Shown: positions 11,926 to 24,114, counted from the stretch's first letter. The stretch: 54,006 nucleotides of DNA from Octopus sinensis (GCF_006345805.1 NW_021833857.1:1-54006), one strand, 5' to 3'. A program made the numbers and translations. Notes: generated from the letters alone by a model not told the origin.

Positions 11926-13218
11926 CGAGGGGTGTATGAAAATTTTGAGCCTAATCTAGAACCGGGGCTGCTAGGGACCTGAAACAATTTTTTCTGGTAA
12001 ATACAGTCTTTTCAGAGTATTCTTGCTCATTTTCATGATTCTGATATTTTAATTTTTTTTTGTTACAGATTTCTGAATAAACAAATGTCGAGGTTACAAG
12101 GAAAATGGAGAAAACTGAGTATCGTGCTGTCATAAAGTACCTTCATTTGAAAGGCATGACTCCATGAGAAATCCATGAAGATATAGTGAGAACCTTAACA
12201 GACAATGCTCCTTCATATGCAACAGTCAAACGCTGGGTAAATGAATTCCAGCGTGGCAGGGAGAGTGTGGAAGATGATCCCACACCAGGGAGGTCTCCAA
12301 CTGCAACCACCGAGGACAGCATTGACCTTGCTTTTGGTATGATAATGCAAGATCGTCGAATATCATGTCACCAGATAGCTGAGAGACGGGGAATCTCAAA
12401 GGAAAGAGCAGACAACATTGTGACAAAAGAAATTGGGTTCTCAAAGGTTTCTGCAAGGTAGGTACCTCGCCTTTTGACTCCTGAACAGAAACGCACCAGG
12501 TGCACTTTGTCCATGAGCAATCTGGAACTGTTTGAAGCCGATGAAGAGAATTTTCTTGCTCGTTTTATTACTATGGACGAAAGTTGGGTTCATCACTACC
12601 AGCCTGAAACCAAAGAACAATCAAAGCAGTGGAAGCACACATCTTCTCCTACACCAAAGAAGGCCAGGTCATTCCTTCAGCTGGCAAGGTCATGGCATCA
12701 GTTTTTTTGGGATTCTCAAGGTGTCTTGCTGATAGATTACCTTGAAAGGGGTCACATCGTGACAGGGATGTATTATTCTCAGCTACTGTAATGCCTCCAG
12801 GAAGCAATCAAAGAAAAAAGGCCAGGAATGCTCACAAGAGGTGTTCTTTTTCATCACGACAATGCTCCAACCCACACCTCAGTGGTTGCCATGGCAACAA
12901 TTCGTGATTGTGGATACGAGCTTGTTCCCCATCTGCCTTATTTGCCAGACTTAGCCTACTCTGACTTTCATCAATTCCCCAAAATGAAAAAAGCCCTGGC
13001 TGATTGCTATTTTGCCACTGACAATGACGTCATAGACACTGTAGGAAGTTTCTTAGAGTCTCAAACAAAAGAGTTCCTCTACGCCGGGATAATGGCACTT
13101 CAACACCGCTGGAGAAAGTGTTCAGCCATCAAAGGGGACTATGTTGGAAAATAAATCATCAGAAGTCTTGTACTGCGTTTTGCTTTTTTGAGGTTCAAGA
13201 CTTTTCAGACACCCCTCG
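11926..13218 (+). mobile_element. Full-length defective mariner (DD34D) transposon, about 1.29 kb
   Basis: TIRs CGAGGGGTGTATGAAAATTTTGAGCCT / AGGTTCAAGACTTTTCAGACACCCCTCG, flanked by TA inside (TA)n. Confidence 0.95.
12105..13154 (+). pseudogene. Mariner transposase pseudogene
   Basis: MEKTEYRAVIKYL...(W)VPRLL...MDESW...HDNA-x34-D with YLPDLAYSDF (YSPDLAPSDF-like); in-frame stops at 12165, 12459, 12789 and a compensated -1/+1 frameshift near 12664-12708. Confidence 0.95.
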
Positions 13219-13589
13219 TATATATATATAAGTACATGCGTATGCACATACATATTTAGTCGCGTGACCTGAGTATGTACTCTGGGTAGGCAGTAGGTAT
13301 TAGCAATACAATGCATTGTCAAGGCCTTATCTCGATGGGACATGAAAAATCTGTTTTGATAACAGAAAATATTTACTTAAAGTAGATATATATATTTCAG
13401 AGTTGTACATGTGGCGCATCAAATTTGATCTGGGACGGTGTGTTGAAGCAGAAGCAATTAGCTCGGGGAGCGGGTGAGTTATCTAAGTTGTATAAAATAT
13501 ACAAAAAATTATTAAATTATTTATTTCTTGAGGTGCCAAGATTTTCGCCATTCAACATACACAGAGTATCGTGAAAGTGATACGCATAA

Positions 13590-14070
13590 CATACACACAT
13601 ACACACACACACAGACATAGCACACCACACACACACACACACGCACACATATGCCACAACATAGCCGCAGTCCAATCATTAAAACATGTAAAAGATGTAA
13701 CAGACAGACAGACAGACACACACACACACACACGCACAAACACGTGTGGGTGTGGCGTGTGTGTGTGTCTGTGGTGTGTGTGGTGTGTGTGGTCTGTGTG
13801 TGATGTGTGTGTGTGTGGTGTGTGTGTGGTGTATGTGTGTGTGCGGTGTGCGTATGTATGGTGTGTGCGTGTGTGTAGTGTGTATGTGGGTGTGTGTGCG
13901 TGGTGTGTGTACGTGTGTGGCGTGGTGTGTGTGTGCTGTATGTGTGTGTGGTATGTGTGTGCAGTGTGTGCGCGGTGTGTGTGCTGTGTGTGCTGTGTGT
14001 GTATGTGTGGTGTGTGTGGTATGTGTTGTGTGTGTGTGGTGTGTGTATGTATGTGGTGTGTGTGCGTGTG
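13590..14070. repeat. (CA)n followed by a degenerate (GT/GTG)n tract
   Basis: Direct inspection. Confidence 0.9.
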
Positions 14071-14341
14071 CATAACTTTCATCTTCTACTTGTTTTAGCT
14101 ATTGAAAGAATTTTGTCGAATGCATCGACCTCAGTATCTACTTTTTAAGCCCAGTACTTACTCTAGCGCAGAGGCGCGTGGTGTAGTGATCGTAAGATTG
14201 CGGTTTCGATTCGTGCACCGGTCAACGCGTTGTTTTCTTGAGCAAAACACTTCATTTCACGCTGCTCCCGTCCACTCAGCTAGCAAAAATGAGTAAGCCT
14301 GAGACTGACCGGGGTGCCGTCCAGGTGGGGAATTTATACGC

Positions 14342-14480
14342 CATGTAGCCCCTATTTGTTCCACGTACTTCTCGAGGGTTCACTGTTCCCAAGGCTACGA
14401 CAAATATTGGTACTACTGCTACCTTTTTCACCGACCACAACTGCTTAACTTACCAAGCTAACCTCTCATATCTCTCGACT
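14342..14480 (-). mobile_element. RLE-type LINE 3' fragment
   Basis: ERYERLAW*VKQLWSVKKVAVVPIFVVALGTV...KYVEQIGAT (frameshifted). Confidence 0.65.
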
Positions 14481-14515
14481 CTTCTTCTTCTTATTATTAT
14501 TATTCTCCTTCTTAT

Positions 14516-14606
14516 TATTCAGGTCACTACCTGGAATTGAACTCGGAATCTTGGGGTTAGTAGCCCGCGCTCTTAACCATTACGCCATATGCTCGTGGGC
14601 ACATGG
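14516..14606 (-). mobile_element. Family E tRNA-like head plus palindrome centre
   Basis: Reverse complement of TGGCGTA(A)TGGTTAAGAGCGCGGGCTACTAACCCCAAGATTCCGAGTTCAATTCC; retains CATATGCTCGTGGGCACATGG. Confidence 0.8.
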
Positions 14607-14679
14607 TTTATGTTTTGTTCTCTTTTAAAATTTTGGTGACCCAAGTAGACTGAAGCAGTACCCATGGCTAGTGAAACTG

Positions 14680-14815
14680 ATTTTTGTCAGTGAAGAAATC
14701 GCGGTCTTAAAGCGACGAAAATATTTTGACAAATTAAACTTAAATGTTGAAGTAAATCGAACGGCTTTTGTGTGTTTCTTAAATGGGTTACAAACACCTT
14801 CCACGCTGCAATTGT
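14680..14815 (+). mobile_element. Family F single arm
   Basis: Matches 32866-32996. Confidence 0.8.
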
Positions 14816-14899
14816 TAAATTAATATATATATATATATGTACATACAGAGAGAGAGGGAGAGAGAGAGAGAGAGGGGGGAAGAGAGAGAGAAAGAGAGT

Positions 14900-14933
<34 letters not shown>

Positions 14934-15139
14934 TGAATCAGTGCAGTCTATGAGCTGTAGCGTGTTTGTGAGTAACTATTTTAATTAGTCTACTGATCTT
15001 ACCCATGATGTGGTCTAAGGGTTGATAGAAAAAAAAAAACTGCGTCAAGTTATGTCGTTTTTATGCTTGCTTTACAAGATGTGAACTGGTGTGTTGAAAC
15101 AGATTTTGTTGTATCTTGAGAGGGTCGTTTAAAAAGTAA

Positions 15140-15420
15140 AAGGTAAAGACCCTCACCCCCCCCCCCCCTTCGATCATGAATGACCATCGGATTGCACTTA
15201 GAAAATTCCCCCTCCCAGGCACAAATCCGAGCAAGATTGTTTATAGAAGACCAGTAGCCACATATGCATGCCAATTTCCCCCTTCCACGCCGCCGATGTT
15301 ATCCAAGGGAAAAGCAAAGGTTGATACAGCTTGGCACCAGTAACATCGCAACTCATTTCTACAGCTGAATGAACAGGAACAGCGTGAAATAAAGAAGGCA
15401 ACACACAGTCCGGTCTGGGA
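15140..15420 (-). mobile_element. SINE family C, tail type 1
   Basis: Matches 9705-9995. Confidence 0.75.
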
Positions 15421-15614
15421 GGGTCATTATGCTAATAATAAACACACACTGATTCATTTTCACTTCTTTATTATTAGTTAATTGGTTATGTATTTAACTA
15501 AGTTGCATTATATCAAAATATGACAAAGATGCCAGTAAGTTAAAATAGGACAGGAACACTAGTGGATTAAGAGATAACGTAACAGCAGCTGGGTTAGAGG
15601 GGCTTATAAACGGT

Positions 15615-16045
15615 TTCAAATTTTGACACTGGGCCAGCAATTTTAAAGGAGTAGCTAACTCTATGACATCGATCTACGTAGTGTACAACTAGTTCTTGCT
15701 TTATCGACCCCGGAAGCATGAAAGGCAAATTCGACTTCTGCATCATTTGAATACAGAATTAAAGAGCCGGAGGAAATGCCGCCAGCAAACGTCTCTGCTA
15801 GCTCAACGCCTTAGAGATTTCTTAAAATTTCGTTCTAATTTTGGTGCAACGCCTGCAATTTTCAAGGTAGAAAGCAAGTCGATTACTTCGATCTCAGTAT
15901 TCAAGCAGTACTTTTTTTATTGACCTTAAAAGGGTGAAAAGCAAAGTCGACCTCGGCGCGTTTTGAACACAGAACGTGAACAGCAAAAAGAAATGCCACT
16001 AAGCACTCAATCTGACTCGCTAACGACTCTGCCAGCTCACCGCTT
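15615..16045 (-). mobile_element. Two tandem SINE family A copies (diverged)
   Basis: Same core and head motifs. Confidence 0.8.
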
Positions 16046-16439
16046 TACAGAGTCTCGTAAGTAAGATCTATTTTGTTTTATATTAAAAGCATCAACCAGT
16101 TTGCAGTAGGATTCAATACTAAAAACATAGAGCTACAGCACGATGTTTGTGAGATACAAGTAGATATACAAAATGAAGCAAGAACAACTTATTAATGCCA
16201 TCGAATACCATCACAATACAGTGTACACATATTGCTGAAACAAGTAGCACTCAGCTACAATGGCCGCCATATTACTACATAATGCAAATAGCATATGTTT
16301 ACAACCAGAATGACAGAAATGACCTAAAAAAAGAAAATGATACATGCAAGCCAGAAACTTAGCATGTTACAACATGTTTCAACTCGGCAACCGGTTTGAT
16401 GAGCTTCATATCATGTGGATTTATCAAATATTCTTTGTT

Positions 16440-16613
16440 TATATGTATGTGTATGTGTGTGTGTGTGTATCTATACATATATGTGTGTGTGCGTGTGTGT
16501 ATGTGTATATAAACATGTATGTATGTATATATGTTTATAAATATATATGCACATATATATATGTATATATATGTAGTGTGTATATATATATGCATGATAT
16601 ATATATATACATA

Positions 16614-16663
<50 letters not shown>

Positions 16664-16714
16664 CATATGCATATATATATATACATAAATATGCATATAT
16701 ATATATACATAATA

Positions 16715-16764
<50 letters not shown>

Positions 16765-17051
16765 CATAAATATGCAATATAATATAACATAAAGAACATA
16801 TTTATATATATATGTTTGTATGTATATGTATGCATGTAGTATGTATTATATGTATGCATGTATGTATGTATATGTATGCATGCATGTATGTATGTATATG
16901 TATGCATGTATGTATGTATTATATGTATGCATGTATGTATGTATATGTATGCATGCATGTATGTATGTATATGTATGCATGCATGTATGTATGTATGTAT
17001 GTATGTATATGTATGCATGCATGCATGTATGTATGTATGTATGTATGTATG

Positions 17052-17083
<32 letters not shown>

Positions 17084-17361
17084 GTTATATATGTGTGTAT
17101 ATATACGTTGCTAATGGACCTGGATGTCTGCTATTTTTCAGTTATTTTTATAACCGGAGCAGCAGTAAAAATAATAGGACCTTTTGTAGTAAAACATTTA
17201 TCTACCTCATTGATCATTATTATTATTATCATTATCATCATCATAATCATCATCATCATCATCATCATCATTATTATTATTATTATTATTATTCACTAGA
17301 CTTTCTTGTCTATCCAGTCGCATTTAAAACGATCTCCCGCCCCAGAAATAACAACAACAGT

Positions 17362-17398
<37 letters not shown>

Positions 17399-17558
17399 AC
17401 AACAACAATCATACAAGAATCAATAACCCGTAGTATGTACATCTAGAACATGGAATACTCTATGCATTTTGTCTTTATGACGCTTCATCGCATATAATAT
17501 ATATATGCATGCATGAATGTATGTATATATATATACATTATATATATATATACGTATC

Positions 17559-17589
<31 letters not shown>

Positions 17590-17618
17590 CTATATATATA
17601 TATATATATATATATATG

Positions 17619-17652
<34 letters not shown>

Positions 17653-17735
17653 ATGGATAGATGTCTATATATCTATATGCATACATACATACGTGCACAT
17701 ATATGTGTGTATATATATAAAGACACACACACATA
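16440..17735. repeat. Compound (TA)n/(ATGT)n/(ATGC), (TAT/CAT)n and (CAA/CAG)n tracts
   Basis: Direct inspection. Confidence 0.9.
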
Positions 17736-18334
17736 TATATCTATATCCTTGCAGGCATAAACCATGGTTACACATGTGCGCATATACACTCACAGACACG
17801 TATAGACATAAATGACCACTATGTGGAACATTTGCTAAACAGCTTCTTCGTATATACACTAATTTTCAATGCATAGTTCAATGCATAATACTATTTCTGC
17901 CTAGCATATGATTAGCAACAATTATTCTTTAAAACTAATACGCAACTAGTGTATAGCAACATTTGCTCAGTAACAATTGCTTAGCATCAATTGTTTGCCA
18001 GCTGTTGCTTAGCAACATATGCTTAGCAACATGTGCTTAGCAGCACTAGTGTTGTTTTAAAAGGGACATAAGAACGGTTGCTAAAATCTAGTGGACGGTT
18101 AGCGCTGACAAAGTATTTAGTCGAACAAACAGACCCCTGTACTTGTTTTTCTAAGGGATACATATTCTAACTGCTAATCTACTGGGACGTACACAAACCA
18201 ACACCGGATGTCAAACGGTGGTGGAGGACAAACACAAGCATACACATGTGTATGTATACGTATATGTATGCATACACACACATATATATATGTACATACA
18301 TACATACATACATGCATATATATATTATATAAAA

Positions 18335-18574
18335 TAAATAAATGCGCCCTTTTACAGCCTGGCCAGGCTCATGGGCCCGGTTTCCCGGTTTCTATGGCGT
18401 ATGTGTTCCCAGCTGCACAGGGCACCAGTCCATCGCAGCGTTACTCATTTTTGCCAGCTGAGTGGACTGTAGCAACGTGAAATGAAGTGTTTTGCTCAAG
18501 AACACAACGCGTCGCCCGGTCCAGGAATCGAAACCACAATCTTACGACCATGCTGCTGACACCCTAACCACTTA
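18335..18574 (-). mobile_element. SINE family C, tail type 3 (GCGATGGACTGG..CC V-domain-like)
   Basis: Related copies at 14168-14345 (+), 34085-34195 (-), 34690-34885 (-). Confidence 0.8.
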
Positions 18575-18594
18575 GTGATTAGGGTGATTAGGGA

Positions 18595-18627
18595 TTATTA
18601 TTATTATTATTATTATTATTAATAATA

Positions 18628-18676
<49 letters not shown>

Positions 18677-18677
18677 T

Positions 18678-18762
<85 letters not shown>

Positions 18763-18955
18763 CAACAACAACATCGAAAAATACGTTAGGAATGAGAACC
18801 CAGGTTCGAAATTTCCCCAAGACACCTAATGAAGCTGGAGGGTATATCAGCCGAAACGTTGTGTTAACAACAAACAAGATGAGGACAAATATCCGTCAAA
18901 TGTAAATAATGTAAATAATGTAGGTAATTCCTCATTTCTTAAATACATAGAACTG
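18595..18955 (+). mobile_element. Family E tail behind a (TAT)n/(AAT)n junction; hammerhead core mutated (CTAATGA)
   Basis: Tail nearly identical to 42170-42300. Confidence 0.8.
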
Positions 18956-19367
18956 TATCAAAGTTGCAGTTGAATGAGTGGTTATGACGTGAAGATGTTT
19001 GAACGAAAAGTCAACAATTTGCGTTCTGTCACCAATACTATGTTTTATTCTTCTAAAAAGAAAAATAACACTTGACCCTAAGAGGGCTCAGATCACTTAG
19101 ATGTAAATAGGACGTACGAAAAGAAAGAAAATTGAAATGAAAGGGAAGAAAGGGAGGGTGATAGAAGATAAGTAAAGAGGTGGGGACGGGTGAGAAAGGT
19201 GGAAGAAAAGAGACAACGAGAGAGCGAGAAAGAAGACAAAATACGATGATAAAACAAAATAGAAAAGGAAAAAAAAAAGAATCAGATAAAAAGAAAGGCG
19301 CAGAAATATATAAAAGTAGAAGGAGTATGAAGGAATGAATGATAGACAAAATACAGAAATTACATAC

Positions 19368-19523
19368 CGTTTTCGCATTGGTCAGGAACGGTTTTGGTCC
19401 ATAGTGATCCGGTGGAATATCACATAACTCAAGGTCTGGATAGGCATCACAGCTATTAAGGAACCAGTGGACACAGTATTCGGACGCTTTGCTGGTCGAT
19501 GTGTTTGAAATATAAAGTTGCAG
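19368..19523 (-). CDS. Exon (phase 0->0): LQLYISNTSTSKASEYCVHWF...KPFLTNAKT (FN3 domain 2)
   Basis: Acceptor cattcag, donor GTATGT; 156 nt; the other two frames are closed. Confidence 0.8.
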
Positions 19524-19687
19524 CTGAATGGTTAAAACTTGGTCGTGTTGTATGATTTTGTGTTTCACTTGTATGTTTGCAAAATCAGGGGAATATCCCT
19601 GTTGGACTGGTCCCATCACCAATTCACCTGTCAAAGACAAATTGAAAGCTTTACGTTTCTTCATCTTACATACCAACATACAAACGT

Positions 19688-20107
19688 ACTCTCTCTTTCT
19701 CTCTTTTACTTGTTTCAGTCATTTGACTGCGGCCATACTGGAGCACCGCTTTTAGTCGAGCAGATCGACCCCGGGACTTATTCTTTGTAAGCCCAGTACT
19801 TATTCTATCGGTCTCCTTTGTCGAACCGCTAAGTGACGGGGACATAAACACACCGGCATCGGTTGTCAAGCAATGCTAGGGGGACAAACACAGACACACA
19901 AACATATACACACGCATACATATATATATATATATACATATATACGTCAGGCTTCTTTCAGTTTCCGTCTACCAAATCCACTCACAAGGCATTGGTCGGC
20001 CCGGGGCTATAGCAGAAGACACTTGCCCAAGATGCCACGCAGTGGGACTGAACCCGGAACCATGTGGTTGGTAAGCAAGCTACTTACCACACAGCCACTC
20101 CTGCGCC
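19688..20107 (-). mobile_element. SINE family B, full length
   Basis: Reverse complement of the family B consensus. Confidence 0.9.
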
Positions 20108-20131
20108 TGGAGATTTATTATTTTTTTTACT

Positions 20132-20359
20132 CGTGGCCGTGTGGTAAGTAACTTGTTTACGAACCACATGGTTCCGGGTTCAGTCCCACTGTGTGGCATC
20201 TTGGGCAAGTGTCTTCTACTATAGCCTCGGGCCAACCAAAGCCTTGTGGGTGGATTTGGCAGACGGAAACTGAAAGAAGCCCGTCGTATATATTTATTTT
20301 TTTATTTTATTTTATCTAGTTTCAGCTCACGAGCTGTGGCCATGCTGGGGCATCGCCAT

Positions 20360-20411
<52 letters not shown>

Positions 20412-20620
20412 AGTGTGTATATACTTCTGTGTCTGTGTTTGCCCCCCCCCCCAACATCGCTTGACAGTCGTAACTTAGCGGCTCGGCAAAACGACCGATA
20501 GAATAAGTACTAGGCTTACAAAGAATAAACCCTGGTGTCGATTTGCTCGACTAAAGGCGGTGCTCCAGCATGGCCACAGTCAAATGACTGAAAAATTAAA
20601 GGACAAAAGAGAAAAAGAGA
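20132..20620 (+). mobile_element. SINE family B, with a nested family B tail fragment
   Basis: Head-to-head with 19688-20107. Confidence 0.85.
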
Positions 20621-20714
20621 GAAATCAATGTATGCCAGTGCACCCCATCTTGCGTGTCTGCTCTTCTCTATTACTCTAATGATCTGACTGTTTCAAAACT
20701 AATATTTTTCATTT

Positions 20715-20849
20715 CATTAACATTCGACGGATATTTGTCCTCATCTTGTTTGTTTTAACACAATGTTTCGGCTGATACACCCTCCAGCCTTCTTCAGGTG
20801 TCTTGGGGAAATTTCGAACCTGGGTTCTCATTCCTAAGGTATTTTTCGA

Positions 20850-20910
<61 letters not shown>

Positions 20911-20946
20911 TAAACCCAAGATTTCGATTTCGATTTCAAGCAGTAA

Positions 20947-21032
<86 letters not shown>

Positions 21033-21195
21033 CAACAACATCGAAAAATACATTAGGAATGAGAACCCAGGTTCGAAATTTTCCCAAGACACCTGAAGAA
21101 GGCTGGAGGGTATAACAGCCGAAACGTTCCGTTAATAACAAACAAGATGGGGACAAATATCTGTCGAATGTAAATAATGTAAATATTGTATACAG
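20715..21195. mobile_element. Fold-back element, family E, centre partly deleted
   Basis: Inverted tails with CTGAAGA hammerhead cores around (ATT)n/(AAT)n. Confidence 0.85.
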
Positions 21196-21990
21196 TTTCT
21201 GTGTTTGCAAAGTTCACATCGTTTATTTATATATGTATTTTCTTCGTGAATTTAGGAAGAAGGGGAAGTGTTGCTGATCCTTGCAGGCCTTCGAAGATTG
21301 GTGAGATTGATGCCTGAGATGATGCCTGAGATGCGTTTACGACATACCCCTTTAAGCCTCGTAAGTCTACTGTTCAGCAAACAGTGATCGATAAAACGAA
21401 TAACCAGACATAAATATGTACAGGGGTCGATACGATCGACTAAAATGTACAGCCTTGAAAGCTATGCCCTCGTTTGGCTGTAGTGCAATGACAAAAAACC
21501 CATAAAAGGTAACAGAAGAATATGGTCTAAAGACGAAGTAAATAGTCCGGAAAAACATAATATTGATAACAACACAACGTCTTATATATTTAGATATTTA
21601 ATCAATAATTCTATTTGTTGAGAGAAATATAGCCTGTAGAATCGATACTTTGACGGTCAACAAGCCCAATTATCGATCGTTAGTATACCGTCATCTACGT
21701 TGTTTCTATAGTCTATACAGGTTTTGCTGGATCATCTAATAGAATTGAAAATACGTATGATGTTGAAGTGCGTCTCATCATTGTTTAAGACGAAGAAAGA
21801 TATGGCTATAATTTTAGGTCGGAATTATATTACTGGGGCATCAAATTCGTATGTTCTTTTTACACAGCTTGCAACCAGCTTGCAACCGTTGAAATACATC
21901 ATCTCATTCATCATTTTTAAAACGAAGAAAGATATGACTATAGTATTAAGTCGAAATTATATTACTGTTCTTTGAATTATGATTTATGCG

Positions 21991-22107
21991 GCTCACGAGC
22001 ATATCACACCAAAAGCACCGTTTCTCTTTCGATCACCGAAGGTAAGCAACGTCGAACCTATTTAGTACGTAGATGGGTGACCACTTGGAGACCAAGCTCC
22101 TGTGAGC
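21991..22107 (+). pseudogene. Divergent 5S rRNA-derived sequence
   Basis: Aligns end to end with metazoan 5S (CGATCACCGAAG.TAAGCAACGTCG...TTAGTAC.T.GATGGGTGACC); no oligo-T terminator; helix II disrupted. Confidence 0.8.
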
Positions 22108-22127
22108 ACCTCTCCCTCTCTATTATC

Positions 22128-22687
22128 GGCGCAGGCATAGTTGCCTGGTTAAGAAGCTCGCTTTGCAACCATGTGGTGTTTTTTAAGTTCAATCCCACAG
22201 TGCAGCAGTGTCTGCTACTATATCTGTAGGCCAACCAATGCCATGCTAGTGAATTTGGTAGACGGAAACTCTGTGGAAGCGCATTGTGTGTATGTGTGCA
22301 TACAGACGTACATACCTACATACATATATATCTACGTGTGAGTTTGTCCCTTACCACCACCTGACATACGGTGTTGGTTAATTTATATCCCCATAACTTA
22401 GCAGTTCGGCAAAAGTTAGTATCTTCCTCAAACTGAAGCCGATAACATAAGTGTAGCACGTTTTACTCACCACACTATTGTTAACAGATTTCTAGAGACG
22501 TGTTATTTTGATGCCTATTTTATAGGCGTAGGAGTGGCTGTGTGGTAAGTAGCTTGCTTACCAACCACATAGTTCCGGGTTCAGTCGCACTGCGTGGCAT
22601 CTTGGGCAAGTGTCTTCTACTATAGCCTCGGGCCGATCAAAGCCTTGTGAATGGATTTGGTAGACGGAAACTGAAAGAAGCCTGTCG

Positions 22688-22719
<32 letters not shown>

Positions 22720-22930
22720 ATGCATGTGTGTGTGTGTATATGTTTGGGTGTCTGTGCTTGACAACCGATGCTGGTGTGTTTACTTCCTCGTAACTTAGCG
22801 TTTCGGCAAAAGAGACCGATAGAATAAGTAATAGGCTTACAAAGAATAAGTCCTGGCGTCGATTTGCTCGACTAAAGACGGTGCTCCAGCATAGCCACAA
22901 TAAAATGACTGAAACAAGTTAAAGAGTAAA
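22128..22930 (+). mobile_element. Two SINE family B copies (old 22128-22430; young 22524-22930)
   Basis: Family B motifs. Confidence 0.85.
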
Positions 22931-23084
22931 AATGTAAAGGAAACAGCAGTTGCATTGCTTTTTTTTGTTTTTTTTTTTCAGTAAAGCAATGTTCCGGATG
23001 CTTCAACAGTAAGGTGATCAATGCTGTAGTGTCATGCGAGAAAAACGAAAGCGTGACAGAGGTAGGGCTACAGGCCTGTGCTTC

Positions 23085-23415
23085 AGTGTCATTAATGGCC
23101 GTGACCTGCTTGGCACTCCACCAGTTACGAGGACAAGTGTTCCAATTGATGCGATCAACAGATTGCCTGCTCGTGAAATTAATGAGAAAGTGGCTGAGCA
23201 CACCACAGACACGCTTATCCTTACTGTAGTTCTCAGGGAGATTCAGCGTGACACGGAATGTGACAAGACTGGCCCCTTTTGAATTACAGGTACAACTCAT
23301 TTTTGCTAGCTGAGTGGATTGGAGCAACAGGAAAAAAATGTCTTGCTCAAGAACACAACACGCCGCAGGAAATCGAACTCACAAACTCACTATCTTGAGC
23401 CACGCACACCGCCAC
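23085..23415 (-). mobile_element. SINE family C with a family D-type tail
   Basis: Shared body and tail. Confidence 0.75.
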
Positions 23416-23696
23416 AAAGCGACGCTGTTATTGACAATAAATCATTATCCAGCATTATTCAACTTGGTTTTGTCATCCTGCAGAATAAAGTTCTTATTGT
23501 GGAAGTAGGCTGCAGTCAGAAGTAGAACAGTGGGGACAGACGCACGTTAAAGTGGAACGCCATTTTGCTTTGTCATAGATGAAAATGGATGGCCCAATAT
23601 TTCTTACTGTGACAAGGGCACTGGAATTCGTCGCTCTGAGAGCCACTGGTCTAGACAACATGGTATCCACTACACACATACATTCATGCATACATG

Positions 23697-23725
<29 letters not shown>

Positions 23726-23727
<2 letters not shown>

Positions 23728-24114
23728 TAGCAGTATCGCCCGGCGTTGCTCGGGTTTGTAAGGGAAATAACTATAAAGCATTTTTAGAGAGTTATAGCCA
23801 AAAAATAGCAAAATAATGGAAAAAAATGATGGTAAATTTTTTTTTGAGATTTAAAAAAGTTGGAGTTGCGTCACCTAGACAGTTTGTGGTTTGTGCTTCT
23901 GATTGTCGACCCCATGTCGAATTTATCGATTTTTTTCAGAACTGGGGGAACTTTTCAAAATTTTCGCTGCGTTAGTTTTGAATTATGACATTGGGCTATG
24001 TGTGTGTCAAGTTTTATCAGAATCGGTTGAAAGCCGTGGTCAGGGTGAGGGTACAAGCAAACATACACACAGAAACACGCACAGACAAACTGCCGTTTAT
24101 ATATATATATATAT
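23726..24114 (+). mobile_element. Non-autonomous Helitron/Helentron-like (HINE/DINE-type) element
   Basis: 5' ACTAG followed by a CCCG..CGGG hairpin, 3' AAGTTTTATCAGAATCGG, then ACAGACAAAC and (TA)n; architecture recalled from invertebrate HINEs. Confidence 0.55.

Noticed and set aside
21777-21967. About 60-bp imperfect direct repeat (also about 170-bp repeats at 43965-44270)
   Set aside because: Likely old local duplications or degraded transposon subterminal repeats; no further structure was seen.
23608-23650. 43-nt minus-strand candidate exon (PVALRATNSSALVT)
   Set aside because: It needs a phase-2 upstream partner; the 25439-25479 exon already closes the frame.
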